From Marsupella aquatica (Eukaryota; Plantae; Marchantiophyta), in the NCBI GenBank assembly GCA_973895155.1, contig OZ316893.1, positions 11,608,259 to 11,672,258 of the forward strand: a stretch of DNA of 64,000 bases, written 5' to 3'. Below the pieces are notes generated by a model. It did not search any database. It saw only the letters and a program-made list of their open reading frames with translations, and had not been told where the DNA came from. Of the stretch, positions 24,082 through 35,954 are shown piece after piece. Each line of letters starts with the position of its first letter. The stretch's first letter is position 1. A program made the position numbers and the translations under genes.

Positions 24082-27000
24082 ATGAGTGATTCGGAGGAGT
24101 TTTTTGAAGACGTGGAACTTGAAGCACGAGGATCACCGCGGAGGTTTCAGGGGCAGAGAGAGGAGCAGGAGGAAGAGCACGTGACACCGATACCATCACC
24201 GGTGCGGCGTGTGGTGGAGGAAGCAGTACTACTACCGAAGCTCACGGTAATGCCAAAGAAGAAGATGGGGACTTTCAAGCTTGGGGGGCCTAAGTATGAA
24301 GTGACAAAGTATGATGGGTGCTCTGACTACTTGCTATGGGAGAAGCGGGTGAAGGGAGTGCTCTATGCGTCAGGGATGGGCCAACTGCTGAGCCCTCGTG
24401 AAGACGATGTTGATGAGAAACAATGGGACCGCATGCAGGAGCAGGGAGTGTGGTGTGTTACACTCTATCTCATGTCTCCCATCATCAAGCAGTTGGGTGC
24501 ACATAAGGATTGCATGTCCTTGTTTGCGGAATTGTAGAGCAAGTATCACCGCAAGGAGTTGTCGAACCGGCTCTACACTTCCTACAAACTGATGAGTTTC
24601 AGGATGAAGGAATCCGGTACGAAGTTGCAAGACCATGTGGATGCTTTCAACAACATGGTCGTTGACTTGGAAAACCTTGGGGAGACTTTGAATGATGAGA
24701 CGAAGGCTCTACAGCTTCTTAGTTCATTGCCTCAATCTTACCAGTCCCTATCACGAGTGTTGTTGCATCGTGATAGGGATACCATTTCATACAATAACGT
24801 GGTAAGTTCTCTGCTTAGTGATGATCTTCAGCAGAAGATGCACATCACGTCACAGCCTTCATCATCTAGTGCTGCCCTCAATGTTAACCGTGGGAGGAGT
24901 ATGCAGCGACCAACTGGGGACCGTAGAACCCAGTTTAGATCTAAATCCAGATCTAAGTCCAAGGGTAAATCCCCTCAGAGGAGGAAGGTGACATGTTGGA
25001 AGTGCAACCAAGTTGGACACTTCAAGCGAGACTGTAAGGGAAAGGCAGCGGAAACTTCATCGGCAAATGTGGCTAGGGCTGATGGAGAAGCTGATTTACT
25101 CAATGATGAGTATGTTTTATGAAGTCGGGGGTATGCCCTGTGCACGTCATCTAGGAGAGCAGATGATGTGTGGATTCTTGATTGTGCTTGCTCTTTTCAT
25201 ATTTGTTACATTCATGAGTTTTTCAGTTCTTACTCTGTTTCAAACGGTTCAGTTCTGATGGGAAATGATCACTCCTGTCAAATTGAGGGAATTGGGTCTG
25301 TGAAGATTCAAATGTTTGATGGCGCTATGCGCACAGTGTCCGGAGTCAGGTATGTACCTGGCATGCGTAAGAATCTGATTTCACTCGGTGTGTTGGATTC
25401 AAATGGTCATCAATGGAGCGTTATTGATGGTGAACTTCAAGTCAGGTCGGGAGAGATAGTGATTTTGAAGGGGAGTAGACAAAAGAATTTGTATGTGTTA
25501 CAGGGCAATACTGTATGTGGAGAGGCCAATGTAACCAAGTCTCACGAGGAGATGACTCAACTGTGGCATTCACGGCTAGGCCACATGAGTGAGAAGGGTT
25601 TTGGCTATCTTACGGAAGAATGGACTCATTTCTGATTTGCAATCTTGTAAATTAGAGTTTTGTGAGCATTGCATTCTTGGAAAGCAGCATCGTCGTGCTT
25701 TTGGTGTTGGAACTCATCGTTCCAAAGCGATTCTTGAGTACATACATAGTGACGTGTGGGGTCCATCCCCGACTCCCTCACACTCTGGAAAGTTGTACTA
25801 TGTATCATTTATTGATGATTACTCAAGATTTGTGTGGATTTATTTCATGACGCATAAGTCTGATGTCTTGTCCATTTTTAAGAAGTGGAAGGCCTAGGTG
25901 GAGAATCAGATTGGAAACACGATCAAGTGTTTGGATACAAGGGTGAAGAGTCTGAGGTCAGACAATGGCGGGGAGTACACTTCAATGGAATTTGAAGAGT
26001 ACTGTTCAAAACAAGGGATAACTCGCCATGTCACCATAGTTTATACTCCGCAGCAGAATGGTGTCGCTGAGAGGCTCAATCGGACACAGTTGGAGCGGTC
26101 ACGGAGTATGTTGAGCCAATCAGGTTTACCACAAGAATTTTGGGCAGAAACTATCAATACCGCAGCTTATTTGGTAAATCTTTCTCCTTCTAGTGCTATC
26201 AATTTCAAAACGCCGTTTGAGATGCGCTATAAGCGGCAAGCAGACTATCATGGCTTGGTAGTTTTTGGAAGTGATGCATATGCTCTCACACCGAAGCAGA
26301 ATAGGACCAAGTTGGATCTTACCTCCAAGAAATGTGTTTTTCTTGGGTACCAGAGTGGTGTGAAAGCCTATAGGCTATGGGATCCTATTGCCTGTAAGCT
26401 CGTTGTCAGTAGGGATATTTCCTTCAATGAATCCAAATTATTGAAGGAGGGGGAGAATACTCAGGTCTCCCGTACTGACAAAGGAAAATCTCTTATCCCG
26501 GATCTCGTTGAGGGGGAGATTGGTTATGAGGTGCATGACCGAAGAGAAGGAGTTGCTCCAATTATGGAGCTAGTTCCTGTGCCAGAGGAACCAAAGGAGT
26601 TTGTTGATGCTGGTGAGCAGCAAGTGGATGCTGTTGAGCTTCAAATTGTACCAGCATACGCAGATCAACCGGAGTCATCGGCTAGAAGAACATCTGGTCG
26701 CACTGTACGCGCTCCACCAAGGTATGGACAGTGGGTTGATTCATCTCAACTGCAAGAGGATGATTTTACAGCTGATGATGAGGGTGATGCGTTAATTTTG
26801 GAAGAAGGGGAACCTTCTTCATTTCATGAGGCAAGTGCTTCAAAGGAGAAGCAGAAGTGGACTGCAGCAATGCAAACGGAGATGCAGTCACTAAAGGACA
26901 ACAAAACTTGGGAGCTTGTTAAGCTGCCTAAGGGTCAGCAAGTGGTGGACAACAAGTGGATTTACAAGCTGAAGGATAATTCCATAGGAGGTGGATCGAA

Positions 27001-28396
27001 GGTCTACAAGGCTAGGTTGGTAGCAAAGGGATTCACACAAGAGAAAGGTGTGGATTACAATGAGGTCTTCTCACCAGTTGCTAAGTAGTCTATAATACGA
27101 CTATTGTGTGTACTTGTTGTAATGTTTGGTCTGTTGCTAGATCAGATGGATGTTGTCATAGCTTTCCTCTATGGCACATTGGAAGAGGTGATCTTCATGA
27201 GACAACCGCTAGGTTTTGTGAAGAGAGGACAGGAGGAATTGGTTTGCAGATTGCTGAAATCCTTGTATGGGTTGAAGCAGTCACCAAGACAGTGGAACAA
27301 GCGGTTTGACGATTGAATTCGGTCACAAGGTTTTCACAGAAGTGTATTTGACCCTTGTGTGTATTTGAAACCGGAAAAGAATGTTGTCTTTGGGTTCATT
27401 GTTTTAGTACTTTATGTGGATGATATGCTAATTGCAGCCAAGGATAGGTCTGAGATTGTTAAGCTCAAGGCACTGCTTAGTGCAGAGTTTAAGATGAAGG
27501 ACTTAGGACCAGCTAAGAGGATTTTGGGTATGGAGATCACTAGGGACTTGGAGGCTGGCAAGCTATGGTTGACGCAGAGCAGTTATGCGAGGAAGGTAAT
27601 TGCAAGGTTCAACATGGGGAATAGCAAGCCAGTAAGTACCCCGTTGGCTCCACACTTCAAGTTATCATCAGCGTTCTGTCCTACGGATGACACAGAGAAG
27701 GGGTTGATGTCAAAGGTTCCGTATGACAAGGCAGTGGGGAGTCTAATGTATTTGATGACTTGCACTAGACCTGATCTTGCCATGGCTATGGGCAAGGTGA
27801 GCAGGTACATGTCGAATCCAGGGAAGGTACACTGGGAAGCAGTGAAGTGGATTATCAGGTACTTGAAAGGTACCGTGGATCATGGTCTTTTATTTGATGC
27901 GAATGCAAAGAATGCTAAATCATTGATTGGCTATGTTGATTCTGACTATGGACAAGATTTGGACCGAAGGAGATCAACAACAGGATACGTGTTCACACTT
28001 GGCGGTGGATGCATAAGTTGGAGATCTACTTTGCAGAAGTGTATTGCTCAGTCTACTACAGAAGCGGAGTATGTTGCAGCTGCGGAAGCAGCAAAGGAAG
28101 CGATTTGGTTGGATAGACTTATCACTGAAATGGGATTGCCACAGGGGAATGTGAAGCTCCATTGTGATAGTCAAAGTGAGCTCCACCTTGCTGTGAACCA
28201 GGTGATGGACAGCAGAGTGAAGCACATTGACGTCAGGTACCATTTTATCAGGCAGGCTGTGTCTGATAATTTGTTTGAGCTAGTCAAGATTGATGGTAAA
28301 CTCAACCCGACTGACGCATTTACCAAAGTGATTCCTTTGGAGAGTTTCTCTAGACACCGTGACGTATTGCAGGTTTTGCAATTGCATCACAAGTAG
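24082..28396 (+). pseudogene. Copia gag-pol polyprotein with stops and one frameshift
   Basis: Zinc knuckle CWKCNQVGHFKRDC, protease WILDCACSFH, integrase LWHSRLGH / HSDVWG / RSDNGGEY / QQNGVAER, RT YVDDML and RNaseH HIDVRYHFIR. Stops end at 24537, 25122, 25897, 27088 and 27316; an extra T lies near 25600. Confidence 0.95.
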
Positions 28397-28575
28397 AGTT
28401 TTCTTAACATTCATTGTAATTACTGATATATGCTCTTCCTCATTCCTATGTATTAGGCTACGGCTTAGTTCTGGTTTGCTCTAGTTAGAGAGGGAAACCG
28501 GTTTGGTTTTTGTCCAGAACTTCCCGCTGAGGGATCATATACATTGGCAGTATTACTCTCCCCTAGACCAGAGTC

Positions 28576-28586
28576 AAGGGGAAGAT
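28576..28586 (+). promoter_or_regulatory. Polypurine tract
   Basis: aaggggaagat immediately before the 3' LTR. Confidence 0.85.
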
Positions 28587-28935
28587 TGTTGGGTATTTAC
28601 TCTTACGTCTAGGTTAGGTATGACGTGGTTGGTACAACAACGTGGGTTGGTACAACTACGTGGTTAGGTACAACTAAGTTGCATACTATATCATAAGAGG
28701 CATGTGTGCTTGGAGAGGTAGAACCAAGGCTCATTGTTATGGAGCCACTTGAGAGATAGGGAGAGCTTACACTGTGGAGACTTGGTATAACCGACGGGCT
28801 TAGAGTTCAGTAAAGCTCTCTTGTGTGTTCCCATGGACGTAGCCTCAAGGAGGTGAACCACGTATCTCTTGTGTCGACTATTGTGCGTTGGATGGTTCAT
28901 GGGCTTGCCGTTGCGATCGTCGTCTATGCTCAAGA
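28587..28935 (+). repeat. Copia 3' LTR (349 bp)
   Basis: TGTTGGG...CTCAAGA (terminal CA changed to GA), followed by TSD GTACT. Confidence 0.95.
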
Positions 28936-29118
28936 GTACTTTCCATATCATTTTCCATTATACTTTCAAGATTGCTTTCTTTCACTAATCCTTGTTTTTC
29001 TAGGTTTTCATTCAAGTAAACCTCTTCTAGCATCTTTTAAAAAAGAAAAAGAAAATTGGGGTTTTCCGAAATGTAGAGGTCTTGTCATTGGTACATCCTG
29101 ATTTAGTATTGTTGTGTG

Positions 29119-29446
29119 CTCGGGGGGGTCACTATATGGAGGGTCATACATCGCGTGCGACGTTTTAGGGTTTGACCCCCCTAACTTTAAAGTGAAAAAT
29201 ATTTTTTTGCAAAGCCCTTTCTTTCTTAAAATTTTGTCATTTTTTATTAAAAAACCCCTAAAAACTTTATAGAAAGTATTTTTTGCAATTAAATAGGCCT
29301 ATGTGTTCTTTAAAGTCGACCAATCAATAAAACATGCCCTATGTGTTCTTCCACCAAACTTTGGAAGTCTTCCGCCACACCCATTTAAATGGGCCTATAC
29401 TTCGTCGCACGTGATGTGTCACTTCCGTGGAAGTGACCCCCCCGAG
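29119..29446. mobile_element. MITE-like insertion with 15-bp terminal inverted repeats
   Basis: CTCGGGGGGGTCACT at 29119-29133 and AGTGACCCCCCCGAG at 29432-29446, with an AT-rich interior. It splits a Cys-rich exon (..YCC / SCGALL). TSD unclear. Confidence 0.7.
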
Positions 29447-31379
29447 ATCTTGTGGTGCATTGTTATCCGTTTCAAACGGTGATGAGTCCATTCCTAACGA
29501 GGCATCACCTTCAGACGAAGAGGAAGATGATTTAGACTTGGACACTAGTGTATTTGACCACATGGAGTCTGGAGAGGAGGATGCAGACCACATTTGAGAT
29601 TCCAACATAGACGTGGAAAATGGTTCTATGATGTCCAACTCCCAGGTAACTTTGTTTAGGGTTTCTAATCCTTTTGCTGTGTGTTACATTTGTTCCATAA
29701 ATTGACAAGTCATGCAAATGATGAACTTTACTTTACATAAACAAAATGCATTCATTTTATGTAAACCTTAGTACCTTCAACTAGGAAACAATAATGCAAC
29801 CTAAACTCTTCACAGATGTCAAATGAGGATGGCGGGGAGGATGGAGCCATTCCTTTGTTGGAAGTGGCTGATCCAACTACATTTGGATTAGACAATATGG
29901 TTTTCATGGATTCTGGATTTGAAGAGAATCACACTCAGGTATTGTATTTTTTCACAATGTTGCCCTTCACTTTCATATATTGGCATCAATTCATAGTTTT
30001 AATTATATCTTTTCTATTTACTGCATCTTTACATAGTTTACTAATTATTGTGTGCTTTTCTAGGCATCTACTTCTTCGGAGCAAGTACAAGTTGACTCTC
30101 GTTTGGATTTTGAGTACGAGCCATCGTCTCAAGAAAATACAAATGAGTCAGACCCTGAGAGTGTAGTGGAGTCTGCTTTTTGGCAAAAAAGCAAAGTCCA
30201 CGAATTTTTCTAGGAATTTTGTGTGGATTGTCGTGTTGAAGGTTGCGATGGTAAGTATTTGGTTGAGGACATTGTGACCCATCATCAGTTGTGGATATTG
30301 AAGTTGAAGTGCCCAACAGGGCATACACAATCTTTCATGACTGGAGAGAATGAACTTCATAGAGGTATGTAAACTGCTGACATTTACACTATTTTTTAAC
30401 TTTTGCAAATATTGGATTGATTTAATATTGTGTGTTATCTTTTAATATTTTTTTATAAGATCTTGTTTTCTCTTGATGATTTACAGGCGTACCCGCAATC
30501 ACTGGACTAATTTACCATTCCGCTCTCTCTGCTGGTCTAACACACAACATCATATGTGAACTATTCTCTCACATTCAAATCCATGTTCCAAGAAACACCC
30601 ATTGGTTTCGATTTCAAAATGGAGCCCAAAGAGACATTGGATGGATTGCAGCAGTACTGCAAGTCTGGAATGATAAGAAACAAAGGTTGCAACGAAGCCT
30701 AGCCGAAAGAGATGGTATGTCAATCTTCTTTGTAGTGAAGCATTTGCTAGTTAGCAAGATTGATTCATGAATTTATCAATTTACTACATACTAGGTTGTT
30801 AGAGCATGCAGATACATGTTAGTTTCTAACTATTATTTTGTGGATTTATGATAATTGTAGGTTCCACTCCAATGATTTTATATGTGGATTGTCATTGGAA
30901 CTCATCACGTTCTGGATATCATGGCACTGTTCCTGTGATAGACGTGGTAACTAGTAAGGTAGTGGAGCTTGTAACCATTGACCGAGTTGAGGCTGGGAAT
31001 TCAGGCGCTATTGAAGCAATTAGTGTTCGTCGTGCTCTACAACATCTTCAGGATGTTGGAGTTACAATTAGTGAGGTTGTTCACAATGATAACAACACAG
31101 TTGATGCTATTCTTCGTGAGCTCAATGTTGATAACCAAAAGGATCTATGGCACAAATGTAAGAATCTTTTGAAGCAGTTTAACAAAGAGCTAGCAAATGT
31201 GAAAGAAACAGCACCTGCTGGTGGGATTGATGCTGCAATATCCTTGCAAGAATTGGGCAGATTCACTGTTCAAGTGTTGTCAAGTTGGTGCAAGAACCAA
31301 AATTTGAGGCATACAGGCAATAAGATAGAGTTGGTGCACCGCATAGGAAGACATAGAGGGCTTCCAGAGGAGGACATCA

Positions 31380-34300
31380 TGTGGTGCGTCCCATGGCTCC
31401 CTAAACCCAAGAAACCCCCCAGCTCAAGCCGATTCCCGCAGATTTCGCGCTTGGCGAGGCCGTTTCCGCGGCTTAGCGGCATGGGACGCTGCTAACCTCC
31501 TCCTACTATTACTATTAGCCTTTTACCCACATATACTGGACAGATCCTTCATCGGGTCATCAGATACGTAGCCGGCCTAATCTAGGCCTTCCCTCGTCTT
31601 CCCCTCCGTCTTGTTAGGTATGTTTGGATTCCGCCGCCGGAATGATCCCCAATAGGCTTGGTTAAGCCGCTAAGACCTCTCTCAGCTCGACACATCCAAC
31701 TCTCACTCCCCTGCTTACTTTCCTTCCTTCTAGTTGATGTGGGCACTCTTCACACAAGTTAATGCGACACACAAATAGCAAAATGACTCATTCTGACTGA
31801 GTCATACCATGCACTTGCCATACAAACAGTAGATCTCATACACAAGCTCTGCGAACTAAGCCTTGAGGCCAACTCTATTTAGCTCTTAGGCATGAGGAAA
31901 CATGAATATACACAAGGGTCACTGTATGACTAACCAAGAGCTTCTCTTACTACTTGATCCCAGCCTGGCTGGTGCAAACTAAAAACTTGCTAAAGAAGAG
32001 GCCCTGAGCTCCCCGCTGCCCAGGTACTTATCCTGGTAGTGGATCCGCCTAATTCTTTGCAACGTAAGCCTAATCTACCTAACAGTAATCTACTTGCCCG
32101 GATCTACCTATGTACAGCAAGGCACGAGCACAAGTGTTGCTCCTACCAGTGGAACCGCAATCCCACTAAGCTATGTGTCAGGGCCGCTCCTGGTCCTGAT
32201 CCTAATCCTAAACTTGGAGATCAGCGCCCGCCCTGCCCACTCACGCCTCCTCCCTCCACGTCCGCCCTTCCTAAAAGGAACGGTGCCCTTGCACTGTCAC
32301 GACACCGGTGGTGGATCCTCAATGGACGCCCCCAATGCTTCCTCCTCAACCACTGCCGTAGGTTCGTTTTCTGACAGATTACCTGCCCTTGACTGAGTCA
32401 ACTCTCCATCGGCCTGACTGGGTCCACCATCGGCGTCGGCATCGGCTCGGGAATCATTCTCGGCTACGGCCTCAGCCTCGGCTACGGTTTCCCCGGCTTG
32501 CTCAAGAGGCGGATCTGGGATACCGGCCTCATGATTGAGTAGTTCGGCTTGGGCCGCACCTTCCCCACCCTTGGTGATAGCGGGATCTATTGCCGTGTTC
32601 ATGCCGGAGGTTGGTGCTGGGTCTACCTCCTTGGTCACCACGGCCAGTGGAGTCGTATTACTCCTTGACCCTGAAGGTTTCCGCTTCTTCTTCTTTTTTG
32701 GTTCGGCAGCTGGTCCCTTCCCCTTCCCACTTACTTCCGGCACTCGTGCAGGTGGCGCGGCTTTTTCTTCGGCCAGTATCACTCTTGGTAACTTGGTTGC
32801 CCCAATTGGAGTTGGGCCTGATGAAGACAAGCACTTAAATACTGCGGCTTGTTTCTTCAGCCACTCTGTTTGGTTGTCGGCCCGCCGCTGGAGGTTCTCC
32901 ATCTTCCTCGTGATTTCCTCCAACTCCTCCTGGGTCTCATCCAGGTCCTTGCGCGCCTCCTCTAGTTCCTTTTGGGCTTCCTCCCGTTCTTTCTTCAAGG
33001 TAGCCCTCTCCTCCCGGGTTGCTCTTAGCTCCTTGTCGAGCTCTGCAATGATGACAGACTCCATCTGATTCATCTTGGCGTAAGTCTGATCGAGCATCTC
33101 GTCCTTCTCCCTTAGGTCGGCCTTGAAGCTGGCCGTCAGGGACGCAAGCTCCTGCTGCAGCGCCATAATCCCTTAATAGGATTTTCCTAACTCGGCCTCC
33201 TTCTGCTCAAGGGCTCCGCGGATTTTCTCGAGCTCCCCCTTCAACGCCCATTCCTTTCTTTGGGTCTCCGCCATGGCCCGGCTGTTGGCTGTTATGTGGG
33301 CCTCCTCTGCATTCCTCAGCTCTCGCTTCCACTTCTCCCTCTCTTTGATCGTATCGGCCAACTCTCCCTACGTCTGAGTCAGTTTATCCTTGATATTCTG
33401 ATTATCAGCCTGCGCGGTGTCCAACTGCCCCTGCATGATGTTCAGCTCATGCCGTTTAATCCGCAGTTCATCTTGGGCTTTCTTGGCCGCCCTTAGATCT
33501 TCAATCTCGGCTTCCATCCTCCTAAGCCGCCGAATGACCTCGTCCTTCTTGCTTCTCTCTAAAGCCACCGCTTCTTCTAATTGGTGCTTCTCCAACTGCT
33601 CCCTATGGAAAAAGGGTCCTACCTCCAACTCCTCTCCAAAGATGTCGAGTGCAAGTTCCCCACACATCTCACCATACTCCATGGCCCAATTCTTAGCGTA
33701 GGTGGAGTAAGTAGAAGTGATCGGCATCGCCCATCGCGGCCTCTGCTCCCAAGCCGTCTTGCGGATCTCTTCAATCGTGGCTAGAGGTTTGCTTCCTTTT
33801 TTGGCTAGCCGCCTGATGTCCTCCGGCCAATCTCCTCCTGGCAAATCCTTTTCTCTAGCCAGGGCTGCCTCCTCTTCCTACCTCATTCGCTCCTGAAATT
33901 CCTGCGCCGTCTGTTTTATGCCGTCAAAGCTCGGGGGAGCAACATCTGGTGGGGGAGACTCAGGGCTACTCTGCTGGTTGGGGTCCCCTCGTACTACCCT
34001 TGGAAGTGTGGGGACAAACCGGCCACAGGTCCTTACTCCTGGAACGTGATGGTCCGACCCATAGCCGGAGTTATCATGGCTGCAGTCCTCCACTGCCTCC
34101 TCTACTTCTTGGACTTTCGGCTTCTCCCTCTCCTCTTCGTCCGTAGGAGCTTCAGGCAATTCAGCCTCCGATTCAGAGCTTGAGACTCCCACATACATTC
34201 GAACACCTGGCTTGGATTCCGGCCTGATTCTCTCCTTGTCTCTAGCAAAGGGGTTTTCTCTTGTGAGCCGGTGTAGGCCTACCTATGGAGTAGTGTCCTG

Positions 34301-35954
34301 CATTGTTGCCGTTGCCGTTGTCGTTGCCGATGCCGATCTCTTTTCTTTCTCCAGTAGTTTCAGCAGACTCTGCATGCCTGGTTGCTGCATCGGCAAGTCC
34401 TCCTTCCTTGGCCTAAACACCTGCTCGATCGTAGGGCTAACAGGTGGTTGAGGCTTCTTTGCTACCGGCCTCGGTGCTGGAGCTTCCTCGGGTGCCCTTA
34501 CCTACAGGGGAAGTACTGGGGCAAAAGTCTGACCTCTGGCATACCGGCACAACAACAGCATGTGATAGCCAAGCCGCGACACGCTCCCCATGCCGATTAC
34601 CTGTTGCTCCTCCTTTAAGATTTTCTTCAATTGGTTGAGGAGGTACCCGTTGTAGTCCCGGCTTGGGTCTGGCCTCTCTGCCAGATAGACCTGTGCCTTG
34701 CCGATCTCTGCCCTCGGCAAGTTACAATGCATGGTCACCCACAAGAAGTCGATCATCTCTCCTATGTGCGGGTTGGTGCAGGTGTTCCGAAAGAAGCCAT
34801 TCTTTGTTGATGGCCCGGGGAACGACCGGAACTCCTTGTCAGGCAAGGTCTTCCTGGTATCAACTTTGGTCTTATTGCCTATCGGCAAGCCAAACACTTC
34901 GGCAATCACTTTGGGAGTAAGATAGAAATCCTTCCCATATATCCTCGTGCAATTGGTCTCAGGTTCCCATGACCCCACGAATTCTAATAGGTCTGACTCT
35001 GGTACCTCCGGCTTCAGCCATGGTAATCTTACAAAGGCCTCTAAGCCGGATCCGGCCATGAAGCCTTGGTACTTCTTGGTCTGCATGGTCGTAAAGCATG
35101 CATCCTCCTCCCGTGCAAAATGTAGTTGCACCTCCACCGGTAGGGTTGCCGCCCAGCCCTTCCAGGTGTCATCCCTGGTTGGAATGGCCTTGATGGGATC
35201 AACCTCCTCCTCTTCAGCTTCTCCCTGCCTCCTGCTCTGCTGCTCGGCTGGCTTCTTTGGTGCCGCCGACCTCGTTCTTTTTGCCGGGGTGGCTTCATCG
35301 TTGACGGCTCCCTTCCTCTTCATCTCTGCTGCCGTGGAGGTTTCTCCTAGCACCGTTGCCTGGGTCTACCTTTCCGTGCTACCCTTCAATTCCCAGTGTA
35401 TGTCGTTGCAGTTCTTGATGGCCTCTCGGATGCCGACGACGCTGTCTTTGCAAAACAGAAGATCGTCGAGTTGATTGGAAGTAGGAGTCCACAAGAACTC
35501 GTCCTTGATGAGTTCGCCTCCTAAGAAAGCCGTCTTCTGCAGCTCCCACAATCGAGCGAGCTCCTGCCGTTCTTGAGTTGCCCTTTCTGATTCCTCGTCC
35601 TCGTAAGTCTTGATGTACTCAGTTGCCCGTTCGAACAGGCATCCCTAGAAATGTGCTGCTTGATTGACGTTGCTCATACCCTCCTTAGGTCGATCGTCGG
35701 TATCTACTCTCTCCCCGAGTGCTTGCCTAAGCAGCTGTCAGTAGTTGGCCTCCCGTAGTCGTCTGCCTAGTTCGTGCTCATAAACGAGCCACCATCTCCT
35801 GCAAGCGCTCCTTACCCCTGGCCTCGGCCTGGGTTCCATAGTCGCCCCTAATTGTTTATATTTTCCTTGTTTTGTCCCTATACTAAGGTGTTTCTAGGGT
35901 GCATTCCTGCTTTACCCACTTCACTGGCCGAGTGATTCCTGGCTAGGCATCACA
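31380..35954 (-). mobile_element. 4,575-bp TG..CA element with 5-bp TSD (solo-LTR-like) inserted in the transposase
   Basis: Ends TGTGGTGC...GCATCACA; CATCA duplicated at 31375-31379 and 35955-35959. The host reading frame is restored on excision. Confidence 0.9.
32297..35839 (-). pseudogene. About 1,180-codon PMD-like/coiled-coil protein with about 8 in-frame stops and no frameshift
   Basis: Track ORFs beginning at 35551, 35353, 34198, 33844, 33361 and 33166 share one frame with an ATG at 35839. Motif LLEFV.SW..RIYGKDFYLTPKVIAEVFGLP resembles plant mobile domain / TE accessory proteins. Confidence 0.8.

Larger units (their letters stand above)
22562..28935 (+). mobile_element. Full-length Ty1/copia LTR retrotransposon, defective
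   Basis: Two LTRs, TSD GTACT at 22557-22561 and 28936-28940, PBS and PPT present, domain order gag-PR-IN-RT-RNaseH. Confidence 0.97.
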
